A stretch of DNA of 32,746 nucleotides from assembly GCF_000315625.1 (NCBI RefSeq), contig NW_005434476.1:16108-48853 (forward strand), given 5' to 3'. Of this stretch, positions 12,401 to 24,347 are shown in pieces. The number at the start of each line of letters is the position of its first letter. Position 1 is the first letter of the stretch. This DNA comes from Guillardia theta CCMP2712. Its lineage: Eukaryota; Protista; Cryptophyta. The notes under the pieces are model-generated. The model was given only the letters and a program-made list of their open reading frames with translations, searched no databases and had not been told where the DNA came from. The translations under genes and the position numbers were made by a program.

Positions 12401-15400
12401 CGGTTGCAGTGAGTGAAGACGACATGGTGCCATTTGTGGTCAGCGGCGAAGGAGTATGCGTTGAAGGCGTTGAAGGCGAACGGGATGTTGTTCTCGGCCG
12501 ACTTGTCTTGCGCCTGAGTCCTCACGCTCAGACATCGAGCCGAGTCATCTTCTGCTCCGATCCGCTGGAAGTACAACTCACACAGCTGGGTAGCACCTGG
12601 AGGCAAGGTGAGGGGAGAGCGAGGATGGGGCAGCGGGAGGTACCTTGGGTCCACCTCATGAGAGTCGATTCTTCGCCGTGGAAGGAGGAGATCTGAATCC
12701 AGCAGCTCAGCGTGTAGCCAACCTTGGGGGGAGGGAACTTGTCGATGCAAGAGGTTCGGATCCACGCAGGCCGCCCATCGCAGTGGAAGAAGTGCAAGGG
12801 GAGGCATCGCTCGCAGATGGAACAGATCAGCTTGAGGACCAGTGAGTCCTTCCCTTGCTCGCTCGCCATGCTCTCACTTCCCGATGAAGCGAGCGTGAGG
12901 AGGAACTCTACCTCGCTGGTGCTCATGCTGTAAGAGCCCACCAGCGCGAGGATGTCCATGTACATCTCTTCCATCCCCGGGGAGTTGGGGATGATGTTTG
13001 TGAAGACGAGGCTGATACACTGAGTCATCGCCGCCAGCCTCAGGTTCTCCGGGTTCAGCTGCAGCAGCGTGTGGATGGTGGCGAGCACGGTCCTCTGGAT
13101 AGAGGGCTCGGACCTCGGCAGGGTCTCCAGGAGCATGCAAGCGGCGGCGCTGCTGCGGAATCGGAAGAGGCTGAGCTTCTGCCCTCTCGAGCTGTCAGGG
13201 TCCGGGCACAAGTCGGACGACAACGTCTCGAGCATGCGATCTCGCGAGTCCAGCTGGGAGGAATCTGAGGAGCAGACCATGGTGCGGGCCTCGGACTGAG
13301 AGGAGTTGGAGGGAGTCCACTTGAGCCTCGAGGAGGCCTCGCTCTTCCTCGACGCAGTCTCGCTCTTGGCACCCACGTCATTCGGCACGTGCGACGAGTC
13401 CCTGGCGCAGGTCAGCCGCCCGACGAATCGCGGAGTTGGTTTGCGAATGTTCATGATCACGTTGCTGTTGATGTCGACGGCTGCAAGTCTAGGAACCGAT
13501 TGAAAGTTGGAGCACAGGATGTTCTCGAGGGGGTAAGAGCTTGACATCTGCAGCATGTACTCCATGACAGACAGGTCGAGCTTGATGTTGGACTCCTTCA
13601 GGATGTCCGTCAGCCTTTGGAAGGTGACCTTCGACTCCAGATGCTGCTTCAGCTTCTCGTTCTTTCCGACGATGCAACCCAAAGTCTTGAAGGCTTCACG
13701 AGCCACTGTCGGCCCTCCGATCTGAATGGTTTTGAGGAGTACCTGGAACATGGCCGAGTCGCGGAAGCGAACTCTGATGCTGAACTCCTTGTCGCCCACG
13801 TCCATCTCGTTCAGCCAGGAGCGGATCATGATAAGCACTAGAATCCTCTTCTTGATCGGCAGGTCGTCGCGGTCCAGCAGCCGCTCGAGGCTGTTGACGC
13901 ACTCGGCCTCGTTGGGGGAGAGCCAGGTGACCTCCAGGAGGATCCAGACGCTCAACGCGCAGACTGTGAGAGGAAAGGAAGACAAGACCAGCGACTCCAT
14001 GACCTCGTGGCCCTGCATGCCGACGAAGTTGCCGATCTGACTAGGGTCTCTAGACACGAAGTGGCAGAGCATCTCGAGCAGCATGATGACGACGTTCTCC
14101 TTGGGGCTACGGTGACCCGTAGAGTTGTGGAGGAAGGTCAACAAGCCCAAGTTGTTCTCATCTGAGTTGCTCTCGAAGCGAACCTGCGAGATCATGGACA
14201 GTTGGTTGAGAATCCCGACGAACATGGACTTGGAGGAGAAGGACAGGTTCCTTGAAGCGCGGTCGCGGAAGAGATCTCGTGTGGACAGGATCATCTCCAA
14301 GCGGACCAACGGATGCATGTTGACGTCAGAGAAGGAGACGTGGAACAATCGTTCAAGCGTCTCATGATCGTGTCTGGATAGAAGGACTGCGCAATAGCTG
14401 CAAGGCATCGTCAGGCGAGAGGGTTGAGATCAACGAGGGCATGGCAGACCTGACGCAATCCAACATAGCCTCCATCAGCTGGCTGTAGGGGGAGGAGATG
14501 TAGCCCCTCACAAGGTCCTGAAGGAGCTCGTGAGTCACAAGACAAGAGGCGAATCGACCGACAGACCTCGTTCAAGAGCATGGTCTGCAGCTCTTGTATC
14601 AGGATATCGATGCCCTGCTTCATCTTCACGCACACAACATTCAAGTCGTTCAAGATCAGGAGCTCCTGTGTAGAGCCGTCAGACTGACCCGTCGATGACC
14701 CTTGCCATTAGCTCGTTACCTTCACGACGCTTACTGCACGGATTTTGACTTCAAGGTGACAATCAGACGAGATGAGTTTGAGGATCAAGACCAAAGCATC
14801 CACGTTTCCAATGCTCTGAACGCTTACAGGTCAGCACGCTATGTGAACAGGGCAATCAAAACAAGTTTTACATGGTCATGATTGCCATCTGTGATGATGT
14901 TCTTCATCAACCCAAAGAAGTCCTGTCCGAAAGAAGATGAGCACGAATTCCAAACAAGATGTCTGCGACGTTTACCTTGAGAAAAAGTTGCCCTGCAGGG
15001 GACTTGTAATCGTTGATCCCATTCAATATCTTGGTCATGAACGTGTACCCGTTGATGTCCCGGAATTCTTTTTGATTCCGCCGGTTGTTTCGCAATATCT
15101 TGGAGATGGTGGCGATGACGTCAAGCTGCACATCACTCGCAGCCTCCGCCAGCTTGGAGACGAGAGTGGAAAGCGCTCCTTGGATCCCCATGATCTGCTG
15201 CATTAGGTCGTCATCGGTCCGCTCAGAGTGCATGTGCTCCGAGATTAGGAAGTCGGTGTAAGCTCTCGGGGAGAGGTCCTGCCCCTCCACCAGGCTGACC
15301 GAGTCCTCGAACTCCTTGAGCTCCAACTCCAGCTCTTCGATTCGAGCTGCGATCTCTTTCCGAGAGGGAGGAAACTCAAGCTCCCTGTTCTCTACTTTAC

Positions 15401-16822
15401 AGCCGCCGGAAGACTCCTCGGACACGTCATCATCAACATCCTCTGCCGGGCGGCCGGACCTAGAGATCAGCTTCTGGGCCTCGCTGACAGCTGCCTTGGT
15501 TGTCTTCCACACCACTGAAGGGCTGATGGACAGGCGGAACCCGATCTTGTTTGAGGTCTTCTCCACGATCTCGATCGCTTGCTTCAGCTGCGGAGGAGCC
15601 TCTGATTCCGAGTCCATCTCCTCATCGTGCGCTTGCAGGAAGTGGGTCAGAGTCTTGAGGGCCTCCCGGCTGATCCCGTCCTCTGAGTCCATCAGCACTT
15701 GCAGCACCTGAAGCAGCTCCCTGCCTCAGCTCCTGATGCCAGCAACTCCTCTCCTCACCTTCCTGTACCCATCCATGCGGAAGATCTCGAGCTTGCTTTC
15801 CCTGCAGCGTCCAGGAGCTCAGAGTTTGAAAGACAAGAACATCATGACATACAGCGATTGGGACATAGAGCCAATCATTCTCAGCACAGCTTTCTTGGCT
15901 TCTGTTGACTTGACATTTTCCAACAAGGACACCACCTTCTGGATGATCTTGGGTGCATCGACGGTAGCTATTCCACGATACTTCTCTTCTCTCAGGATCA
16001 ACTCTGCCACCTTTGCAAGGCACATCACAATGGCGTCAGCCTGAAGCTTTCAGACCTGCAAGGCCTTGTTGATGGTCTGTGCGATTTGGAAGGAAACTTC
16101 AGGGTCTCGGGCTTCAATGATCCACGAAGGCACTTGACTCGTGTCCTTCTGCTCCCCCTCCCTTGCCTCCCCCTCTTCCTTGGCGTTGGAGGGCCTCTCC
16201 CCGACGGACCCCTCGTGTTGGCTCTGACCGGCTTCATGGCAGTTGGACAGGTGTCTGCGAGTAACGCGTGAGCGAACAAATCATGGAGCTTGTGCTTGAC
16301 TTGACCTGTCTACCAGGTCCAACAGAGAGACTAGCACTTCCGTACAGTCCCCTGGCATTTGAAACTCAGTGTGACCATACAAACCCATGCGGTCCACATG
16401 GAAGATAAGTACGCACCATAGAAGGCCTTCAGGGTCTTCCCGTTGCTTGATGCTTTGAACTCTGTGTACGCATTCTGAAAGCTGCATGCAGGTTGTGAGT
16501 TCCCAACTCAGCGTGAGGGATCCAGATGGTTTACCTGTCAAGAAAGGTGGAGAGCTTCTGACTGACAAGCACAAGCTTTCCATCTGGGCTCTCAAGCTCC
16601 GATTGCGCTACTTCCTTGTACTCTGCCCAAAGCTTCTGAACACGCTGCAAGGCAGAGTAAGAAGCGATGACGGGAGGATCAGATCCAAGGTGCCGCTTTC
16701 CTCCTCTTCTCATTCCCTTCGCTCTCCTCCTCTCCTCCTTCCCTTCGCTCTCCTTCTCTCCATCTCGCCCTCTGCCCTCGCCTGCTCACCTTGAAAGTTC
16801 GGTACTTGTGCCACGCCTTCAT
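9453..16822 (-). CDS. Large ARM-repeat + LamG/concanavalin-A protein resembling the N-terminal and middle part of WDFY3/LvsA-type BEACH proteins; no PH-BEACH-WD40 visible
   Basis: Multi-exon. First exon MKAWHKYRTFK 16822-16790; long helical ORFs 14907-15707, 12528-14408, 10456-12807 with ARM-like motifs (NQKEFRDINGYTFM, FERANGFEILCKIL); LamG FPPPKVGYTLSCWIQ..KWHHVVFTH..LSLYVDG; C-terminal coiled coil ending ELERVASV-stop at 9455-9453 after a 43-nt intron. Confidence 0.75.
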
Positions 16823-16951
16823 GGCGTCGCCATGGTGAAGGTCAATCGAAAGGGTTTGAGCAACACCCGGGGGTAGGGGTCAGGGGCAAATTTAATTAGC
16901 TTTCCAGGGGGTGGGGACATCGAAGGGGTAGGGGTTTCAAGGGTAGTCAAG

Positions 16952-16990
16952 AGTACCCTTGGCATTATCCAGGATAATGCCAAGGGTACT
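16952..16990. repeat. Perfect 19-bp inverted repeat with 1-nt spacer
   Basis: AGTACCCTTGGCATTATCC-A-GGATAATGCCAAGGGTACT. Confidence 0.95.
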
Positions 16991-18575
16991 TTATGGGAGA
17001 TGGAGGGGTACAAGTCCGTATGCCACCCCCGGAGAATAGGGCCGGCAGGCTGGAGATGGCAGACTTAGGGAATTCGACGGTGGTGGGGGTGGAGAAGAGG
17101 GGTGGTAGAGTCGACGATCCCGGCGGTATCCGCACTGGTGGGTGGGGGGATCTGAGGGTGGGGTACCTGGAGGTTCAAACCCTCATAGACATATTGGGGG
17201 TATCCCCGCCTCCCCGGATACGCCGCTACCCCGGTAGGGTAGGCTCAGGGGCCGTTGTGATGGGGTAGGGTACAGTAACCCGGGCCGGGGCTACTAGTCA
17301 CCCGGTAGGCTCAGCTCCGGGGTCAGGTCACTTGATAAGTTGGGCCTTCACTGCCGCGACGGTGACGTTTCCGACTCGTCAGTCGCGGCCCCCCAGGGCC
17401 AGCCGCCCCGGGAGCCTGAGGCTCACTGATCCGGCGACCATATTGTCACTGAAGCCTACTAGTATGATACGACTCGATGATCCGAGGCCTGCGGCCGCGT
17501 CCCCTCACTTGACTCGGCGGCGGCCGAAGTTACAAGTTCAACGGTGCCGGGCGGCGACTCAGGGCCGAGAGGCGCGGCGCCTCAGCCCGCCGAGCGGCGC
17601 GGCGCCTTCAATGATTCCGCCAGAGTCGTTACGGGACCGCACTTTCAAGTAAGTTTTCAGTACTATAAACCGGGCGGGCCCAGCCTGGTGAGTGGCACGG
17701 TACTATACTGGCACGCCGTGCCAGCCCCCGGCTACCGTACTGCGGCACACGTGACGCCGTGACCGTCCGGGACGCCTACGGTCGCCGGCGGGCTGAGTGC
17801 GGGCCAGCACCCGCCTGCAGTGCCGGGCACCGGGCCGCTAGCCTGTACCGTAGTACGCCGGCCCAGCGGGCCGAGCCGCCGCCGGCGCCGGGACTCCCGG
17901 AGTCCGCCCTCGGACTGTGCCGTACGGAGCCTGGGAGCCCGGCAGCCTGTGAGGCCAGTCATCGCTCAACAATCGCCGGACCCTCATCCCCGCTAAACAT
18001 CAAGAAAAAACCACCCTACCCTGGAGTAAGAATGGACCCCACCCTTCGCTTTCGTGATCGATGTCCACCCGTCATATTCCCAACCCACCCACCCAAAATA
18101 TACACTCTACCGCTGGATCGCTACCACCACCGGTCCATACACCTACCCCTACCCAGAGCAGTCCCTCTGTAATCAAGATCAAGGTGATCCGAACCTACCA
18201 GTGCACATAAGAGGACTACCCCCGCATGCCAGACCCATTGGTACTCTCTACCACCCCTGGTAATGAACCCCACCCTACCCACATTTCGATACACTAACCA
18301 CCCGTGCACGATCATGTGAACACCCACCCTGTGTAATTGACGCGCCCCCTCCTACCCTACCCCTTTATTATCGCTTTTACTACCCCCTACATTCCTGTCG
18401 TACCACCCCTCCTTCACACCACGACAGCCGCCGCGACAGCTTCGCAAGCACGCGAAGAATGCGAGAGAGAGGGAGAGGAGAGGCAATGGGGATCGAGGGG
18501 AGCATAGAGGGAGAGGGGAAGGGAGGGAGGGATGGTTAGATCAGGATAGAACAGGGAAGAGAAGGAGGGGAAGGA

Positions 18576-18640
18576 CAGCACAGCACAGCACAGCACAGCA
18601 CAGCACAGCACAGCACAGCACGGCACAGCACAGCACAGCA
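18576..18640. repeat. (CAGCA)n pentamer microsatellite
   Basis: About 13 tandem copies, one variant (CGGCA). Confidence 0.95.
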
Positions 18641-19620
18641 TAGAAGGAGGAAGTAGGATGAAGGGACCTCTAGAGAGGAGAGGGATAGAGAGGGATAGGG
18701 ATAGGGATAGGGGAATAAGATGAAATAAGCGGGGAAGTGAGCGGGGAAGTGAGCGGGAGAAGGGAGAGGAGGAGGAGGAGGAGGAGGCGAAGGCACAGAA
18801 AGGAGGAAGCACGACATGGAGAGAGGCATTGAGGAAACGGAGGGACTCGGGGAGGCCAACAGAAGGAGAGACCTTTGGAGCGGTAGGGAGGCAGGCAGGA
18901 AGGCGTGGAGGGAGGGATGGAACAATAAAGTCAGGGTGTGACAGAGCAGGACAGCGTGTTTATGAGTGAGTGGAGGGCTAGACACGAGAACTTAGAACTG
19001 AAGAAGCGCTCGCAGGGCAAGAATGCAGAGTGTAAAGACGCATTGAAGGAAATTGCTATGTGATACGTCACAAAATCAACCTGTCGGTTTTGTCATGTTA
19101 TTTTTGTTTCGATTCAGCCGTAATTTCCAATCCATCTGTATTCTTCTGAAAGCTGATGAAAAGAGTACAAATAGACGTAGATTGCGACCCAAGTGCATTG
19201 TCGTTGACATGTCAGAGTCCTATGCTAGGATATATATTCGTTGCTATGGGATGAAGCATGCAAGCCTGTTAGTTTTCTGAAAGAAGAAGAAATATAGGCA
19301 ATGCATGAGATGAATCTCGAGGATGATTTTGTCATCCGTCATGATTCTTACCTTCTACAAAGTGAAACATTGCGCTCTTGCGAGAGTGTTCCAAGCCGTA
19401 GAAGGGTTATCTCTGACATTTTACCTTTGAAGATGTTGGAATAATCCGACGTCGATGATGCGATGATCTCCCCGGCTCCTTCATGTGATCAACGAAGGAT
19501 GAAGCTACGGAGCCCCTGATTGTGGATTTTGAGGTCTATTAGTATGAGAACGAATGGGCTTCGACGATACTCACGTGTTGGTTTGACAGTTTCCATTCGT
19601 CAGTCTGACCTGATTCAACC

Positions 19621-22600
19621 ATGAGTGAGCATGAGAATGACAAGAAGCGAAAAGCCAACGAGGTATTCCAGGTGTCAAATTGGTCACTGCAATCTGACAC
19701 ATGAACAGATGGACGCGATTGCTGTGGCGCCCAAGAAGAAGTTTCTTGCGGCGCAAGCAGAAGCATGCAATGAAGTCAAAGCTGCTACAGGGTCGTCCAC
19801 CGTGAAGAAGGAAGACAAACTATCGCCTCACATCAAGTCAGAAGTTAAAGACGAGAAGGATTCAGACTCCGCCCAAGTCAAAGTGACTGATAGAAGCGAG
19901 ACTTCTTATTCAATTCGAGACAATGCACCTGCCGGGGCTAATGCAGCAGATAGCGAAGAAGTTCTGAGATTCAAGAACGAGCAGCTTTTTGCTGCCCTAG
20001 AGGTGAAGTTGACTCTTGCGTGCAAGTGAAAATTCATTTACGTGACCACAGGCAAAGAAGCACGAGATCAAGCGATTAGAGGCCAGGGTAAATGTGTTAG
20101 AATCAGCAGATGAGGATCGCAAGAAAATCATTGGTTGCGTAAATCGTCACTGGTGCGCATTGACAGAAGAGCTGAAAAGTACGTTTCAACGTCTGGAGCA
20201 TTCGACATCGGATTTCAAGAAGGAACACTCAAGCGTTTTTGAATCGATTATCAGCTTGAAGGTATGACTTATTTTCCTTCGTTCCAATGCTTTACTGACC
20301 TATAACGTGAGCAGGAATTGGTTGCAGAGGATGTTGAAAGTTCAATATCGTCGAGCTGTCAGATTGCGCAAGAGTTGATGCAGGAAGTGGTGCAATCCAT
20401 GATGGATGACAGCGCTGCATACAAGAGGATTTTGAAGAACATCGAAGAGAAATCAAGTGACGAGACGCTCAAGGATGAAGTTTCTAAGCTGTCAAAACGC
20501 ATGGAGGAAACCGAGAAGGACTTGGAGAAACTTCAGGACAGGCACCGCGAGTACGTAGTGGAGGAAGGGAAGAAGTTGGATGAAGCTATGAGGAAGGCCA
20601 GCGTGGTCGAGGACTTGAAATCAACGATCACAAACCTTACCATGCAGCTTGAGCGAGCAGAAAGAAGGCTCGTAAGGAGCGAACAAAACTTCTTGCAAGT
20701 GAAAGAATCTGGTGGGGGTCAGGTTTTGGTAAAGTCGCTGTCAACGACGTCCGAGGTACCTGAATCAAATAATGACGACATAATGTTCAAAGTGAACGAA
20801 TTCAAGCACATGGCTGAATCTAGGTTGGAAGAGATCAAGAGCCTTAGGAAAGAATTGGCGGACCTCTCGGTGGAAAAATCTACTTCACAAACTTCGGAGG
20901 AACTCAGCGACACGGCGATTGTGCAATCTACTCCATACCTCTCATTGCTCGATCAGTTCAGACAAATGAAACGAGAGTGTGATAGCAACCACATGCCGAA
21001 GCTGCAGCAACTGAATGCTGAGTTGATCCAAGAAAGAGAAAAGGCAGCCAGTGAGAGAAAGAAGCTTGAGTCCGAAAACAGTGAACAGCTCAAGGCCCTG
21101 ACTTTGAAGGTCTCGGAATATTCAGCTCAGCTACTAGAAGCCAAACAAGAGCTCAAGTCTGCTCAATTCAAGCTGGAACAGAAAAGCGCTTCGGACGTTT
21201 CAGCTCAGCGAGAGAAGGAGCTGAGCGAATCGTTGCAGAAGCTTCAGGCTGAATACTCTCGCTTGAGAGGAGAACGTGAACGACTGAAAGCACGTCCTGA
21301 CGGGGATGAGCTGAGACGAGAGTTGAGGGAGAAAGAGGAGAAGCTTTGCAAGGAGCGAGACATCAAGGCGAACGAAGCGAGTGATTTGTCTGACCAGGTC
21401 AAAGTTTTGCAGGAGAGAATCAACTCGCTGATACAGGAGAAGAAGGTTGGAGATGCTCCCAATGGTCACAACGCATTGGAGTCCACATTACAAGGGGAAG
21501 TTGATTCACTCAAGAAGGAGATAGAAGGATTGAGGACAGAGAAGAAAGATCTGCTAAGAAGGTTTCAGAAGGCGGATAGGGGTTATCATGAGTGCAATCG
21601 ACTGTACCAGCAGAACAAGAGGGAACGAGACACCATCATGAAAGATTTGGAGTCTCTGGGCTTGTCTTTCGAAGAGCTGCAAGAGCGGAATTCGAAGCTG
21701 CTGGAGAGCATCAAACAGAAGGATGACGAATACTCGGAAGCTCTGAGGCAGCGGAGAAAGGAGAGGCAGGAGCGCGAGCTGATGCTGGAGGAGAAATCGG
21801 CGCTGAAGACAAAGCTGGACAAGGCTGAGGAACTTTTGAAGGCCAAGGAAGATCTGATAGACAAGTGCAAGATAGAGCTGGAGGCTGTGAAGCAGGAGGC
21901 TGCGAAGAGGCTGAAGGAGGAGGAATGTAGTGTCGCTATGATCGCAGAGCATAGGAAGCTAGTGCAGGCAAAGGATGTGGCCTTGAAGGAAGCGAAGCGC
22001 GAGGTGGAGAAGGTGAAGCAGGCACTAGCGGATGGAAGCAAGGAGCGGAAAGAAGGGGCACAGGCGTTGCAGGATCTTCAATATGAGAAGAAGAGGATCC
22101 AAGAAGAGCTTGAGAGCGCCAACCGACGACTGGTGCACCTGGTGAGAGTGTGGCGATTGATTGCTCTTGTCTCGTTTGCCTCTTCCTCTCTACCCCCCCC
22201 CCCCCCCCCCCCCTTGTTCTCCCTTGGTGTACCCACTCGCCCCCACATTCAGAAAAATTTTCCCCCAACGTTCAAAGAGGCCACTGATATCATATTTCAA
22301 ATTAAACATCACATTTTCATCGGGAATGATGATTGCTTCTATTGTACTCAAAAAAAAAAAGAATCTGACATGCGTTTCATCCCGGTGCCTGTAACAAGGA
22401 AACAGATCATGACCTATCTCTCCTTAAGTCGCCAGGGAATGACATCCTTCGGCAATGCACCTGCACATGGAAATGTCAAGTGGACCGATCTGTTTGAGAA
22501 CCTTCGATTCTTCGAGTTGGAATGACTCTGTTTCTTGGGAAATACGCAGAACATAGCCTGAAATGTTCACAGATCATCACTGGNNNNNNNNNNNNNNNNN

Positions 22601-23084
22601 NNNNNNNNNNNNNNNNNNNNNNNNNNNNNNNNNNNNNNNNNNNNNNNNNNNNNNNNNNNNNNNNNNNNNNNNNNNNNNNNNNNTTCGTTCTCTTCGTTCG
22701 TCCTTCCTCTCTCCCCTCCCCTCCCCCCTCCCCCCTCCCTCTCTCCCTCAAGTTGACTCACTGGCCCTCCCTGCAGGAGAAACGCACCCCCACGGGTGAG
22801 TCAGGGTCAGGCGATAGTGCGAAAGATGAGCTGCTCAAGCACTACCGCAACTGTGTCAAGTGCTTCTGCAACGAGGAAGACAAAGATCGCGTGCTTCCTT
22901 GCGGGCATGCGACGTGCAAGAAGGTAAACCTTATGCCTCCTTGCCTCCTGTCGCTAAGATCTCTTGACAGTGCGTGGAAAATCTCATCAAAGACAGAAGT
23001 AGAAGATGCCCGTCCTGTGGCAAGAAGTTCGACCACTCGGATGTCAAGCCTCTCTACCTCCAGGGCAGTTTGGGCGACACTTGA
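19621..23084 (+). CDS. BRE1: BRE1/HUB1-type RING E3 ligase (histone H2B monoubiquitination)
   Basis: Exons 19621-19662, 19709-20002, 20052-20261, 20315-22141, 22777-22923, 22971-23084. Bipartite NLS KKRK..PKKK; N-terminal VLRFKNEQLFAALE..VNRHW motif; long coiled coil with FEELQERNSKLL; C-terminal RING CVKCFC..CGHATCKKC..CPSCGKKF; AATAAA at 23097. Confidence 0.9.
22584..22683. other. Assembly gap (100 N) within a BRE1 intron
   Basis: N run. Confidence 1.
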
Positions 23085-23127
23085 TTTTGAAGTTGTAATA
23101 AAGCGATCTCACTGTATCAGGCGATCG

Positions 23128-24347
23128 TCAAGGCTGCTCGTTTGCTTGCGGTGCGAAGGTTCTGGCAGGAGAAGGATCAGGACGAGGGGATTAGATGCCA
23201 TCAGCGTCGCCTCACTTGCGCTGCCTCAAGTTGTTCACGTCCTGCGGCTCTTCCTCCTCCACGAGCTTGAACCTGTAAGCCTGCGCGTCTGTCAGGACAT
23301 TGTCCAGCAGAACGTTGGCGACGAGCTGGAGGTCTGCGACCGTCCAGAATGGAGCGAGTCGCTGGTGAGCTGCCACTGCAGGAGAGTGAGGAGAAGAGAC
23401 AAGAGGAGACAAGAGGAGACAAGAGGAGACAAGAGGAGACAAGAGGAGACAAGAAGAGACAAGAGAGGAGAGGCGAGCAGGAAGACTCTCACGGCAGTAG
23501 AGGAGCGACCCGAGAGGCTGCTCGACTTCATTGCAGATGACAAGCGAGAAAGCAGCGGCATAGACGGCATTTGCCAGCAGATCGAAGGGAACGTTGGCCA
23601 GCACGCCGAGCCCTTCGTTGCCGCTGAAGAAGATGTACAGGACGTCCAACACTCGGCAGCTCAATACTGCGAGCGAGTCGTCGTCCTCCTCGTCCTCCTC
23701 GTCCGCAAGGCTCATGGCCTCATCATACAGCAGCACCTGACCGACTGCCGTGAGCGTGTCGATGGCAAGGCAGAGCTCGAGGAACCACGAGAGGTCGGGA
23801 GACATCATGGTCAAGTAGCGTCAAGACCTGCAGCTCTAAGCTCGCTATCTGAAGAGAGGAATGAATGTCCCCTCCATATCGGCGCATACTCACATGGTTC
23901 GCCCCGACATCTGTAAAGTAAGGATGCAGATTGAGCAACTTTGAGTTCACTGGTCTTGCGTCAAAGATCTTTGACGAGATGAGGATGCAGACAAGAGCGA
24001 GCTGCTTGAGGCTCACCTCCTGCCTCCCGCCTGCCACCAACGTCTTTGAGAGTACACCATCGACTTGCAAAGCACCTGAGGAGTTGAAGAAAATGAGAGA
24101 ATCTTGGAAGCTGAACTCATCGAGATGACTGAAGTTTGACTTTCGAACTACTTGAAGCATCATTGAACACGCCTGGAGCTTCACACGAGGATCTTTTCGA
24201 CGGAACCTCGTCGAGAGGTTGGGCATCGTAACTTGCATGTCATGTACCTGAACAGTTTCATGCACGTGGAGAACATTCACATACAATTTATACCATCCCC
24301 CACAGACGTCGATCGTCAATCGATCCCGAGGGCCTTGACGTTTCCAT
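23128..24347 (-). CDS. Divergent cyclin-fold protein (cyclin J18/CNTD1-like)
   Basis: Spliced product contains cyclin-box-like LKQLALVCILISSKIFDARPV..IASLELQVLTLLDHDVSRP, then CRVLDVLY..PFDLLANAVYAAAF. Start could lie further upstream (about 24446-24450); last exon tentative (alternative stop at 23212). Confidence 0.65.
23396..23470. repeat. 10-bp tandem repeat (GAGACAAGAG)x~7 in cyclin intron
   Basis: Direct tandem copies. Confidence 0.9.

Noticed and set aside
10174-14367. Plus-strand ORFs up to 412 aa
   Set aside because: Antisense shadows of the GC-rich BEACH-like coding sequence; no motifs
16993-18327. Short ORFs in the GC-rich intergenic block; possible transposon
   Set aside because: No transposase/RT motifs, no clear terminal repeats or target-site duplication; composition alone explains the ORFs
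22214-22583. AT-rich insert in a BRE1 intron that extends the 735-aa ORF; looked like a foreign insertion
   Set aside because: It follows a long poly-C run and abuts a gap, and its start resembles a garbled copy of the sequence from 22742 on (e.g. TCTCCCT..AC.CACT.GCCC..CAG..AAA..CCCCC, and TGCTTCT at similar spacing). Most likely a low-quality read end
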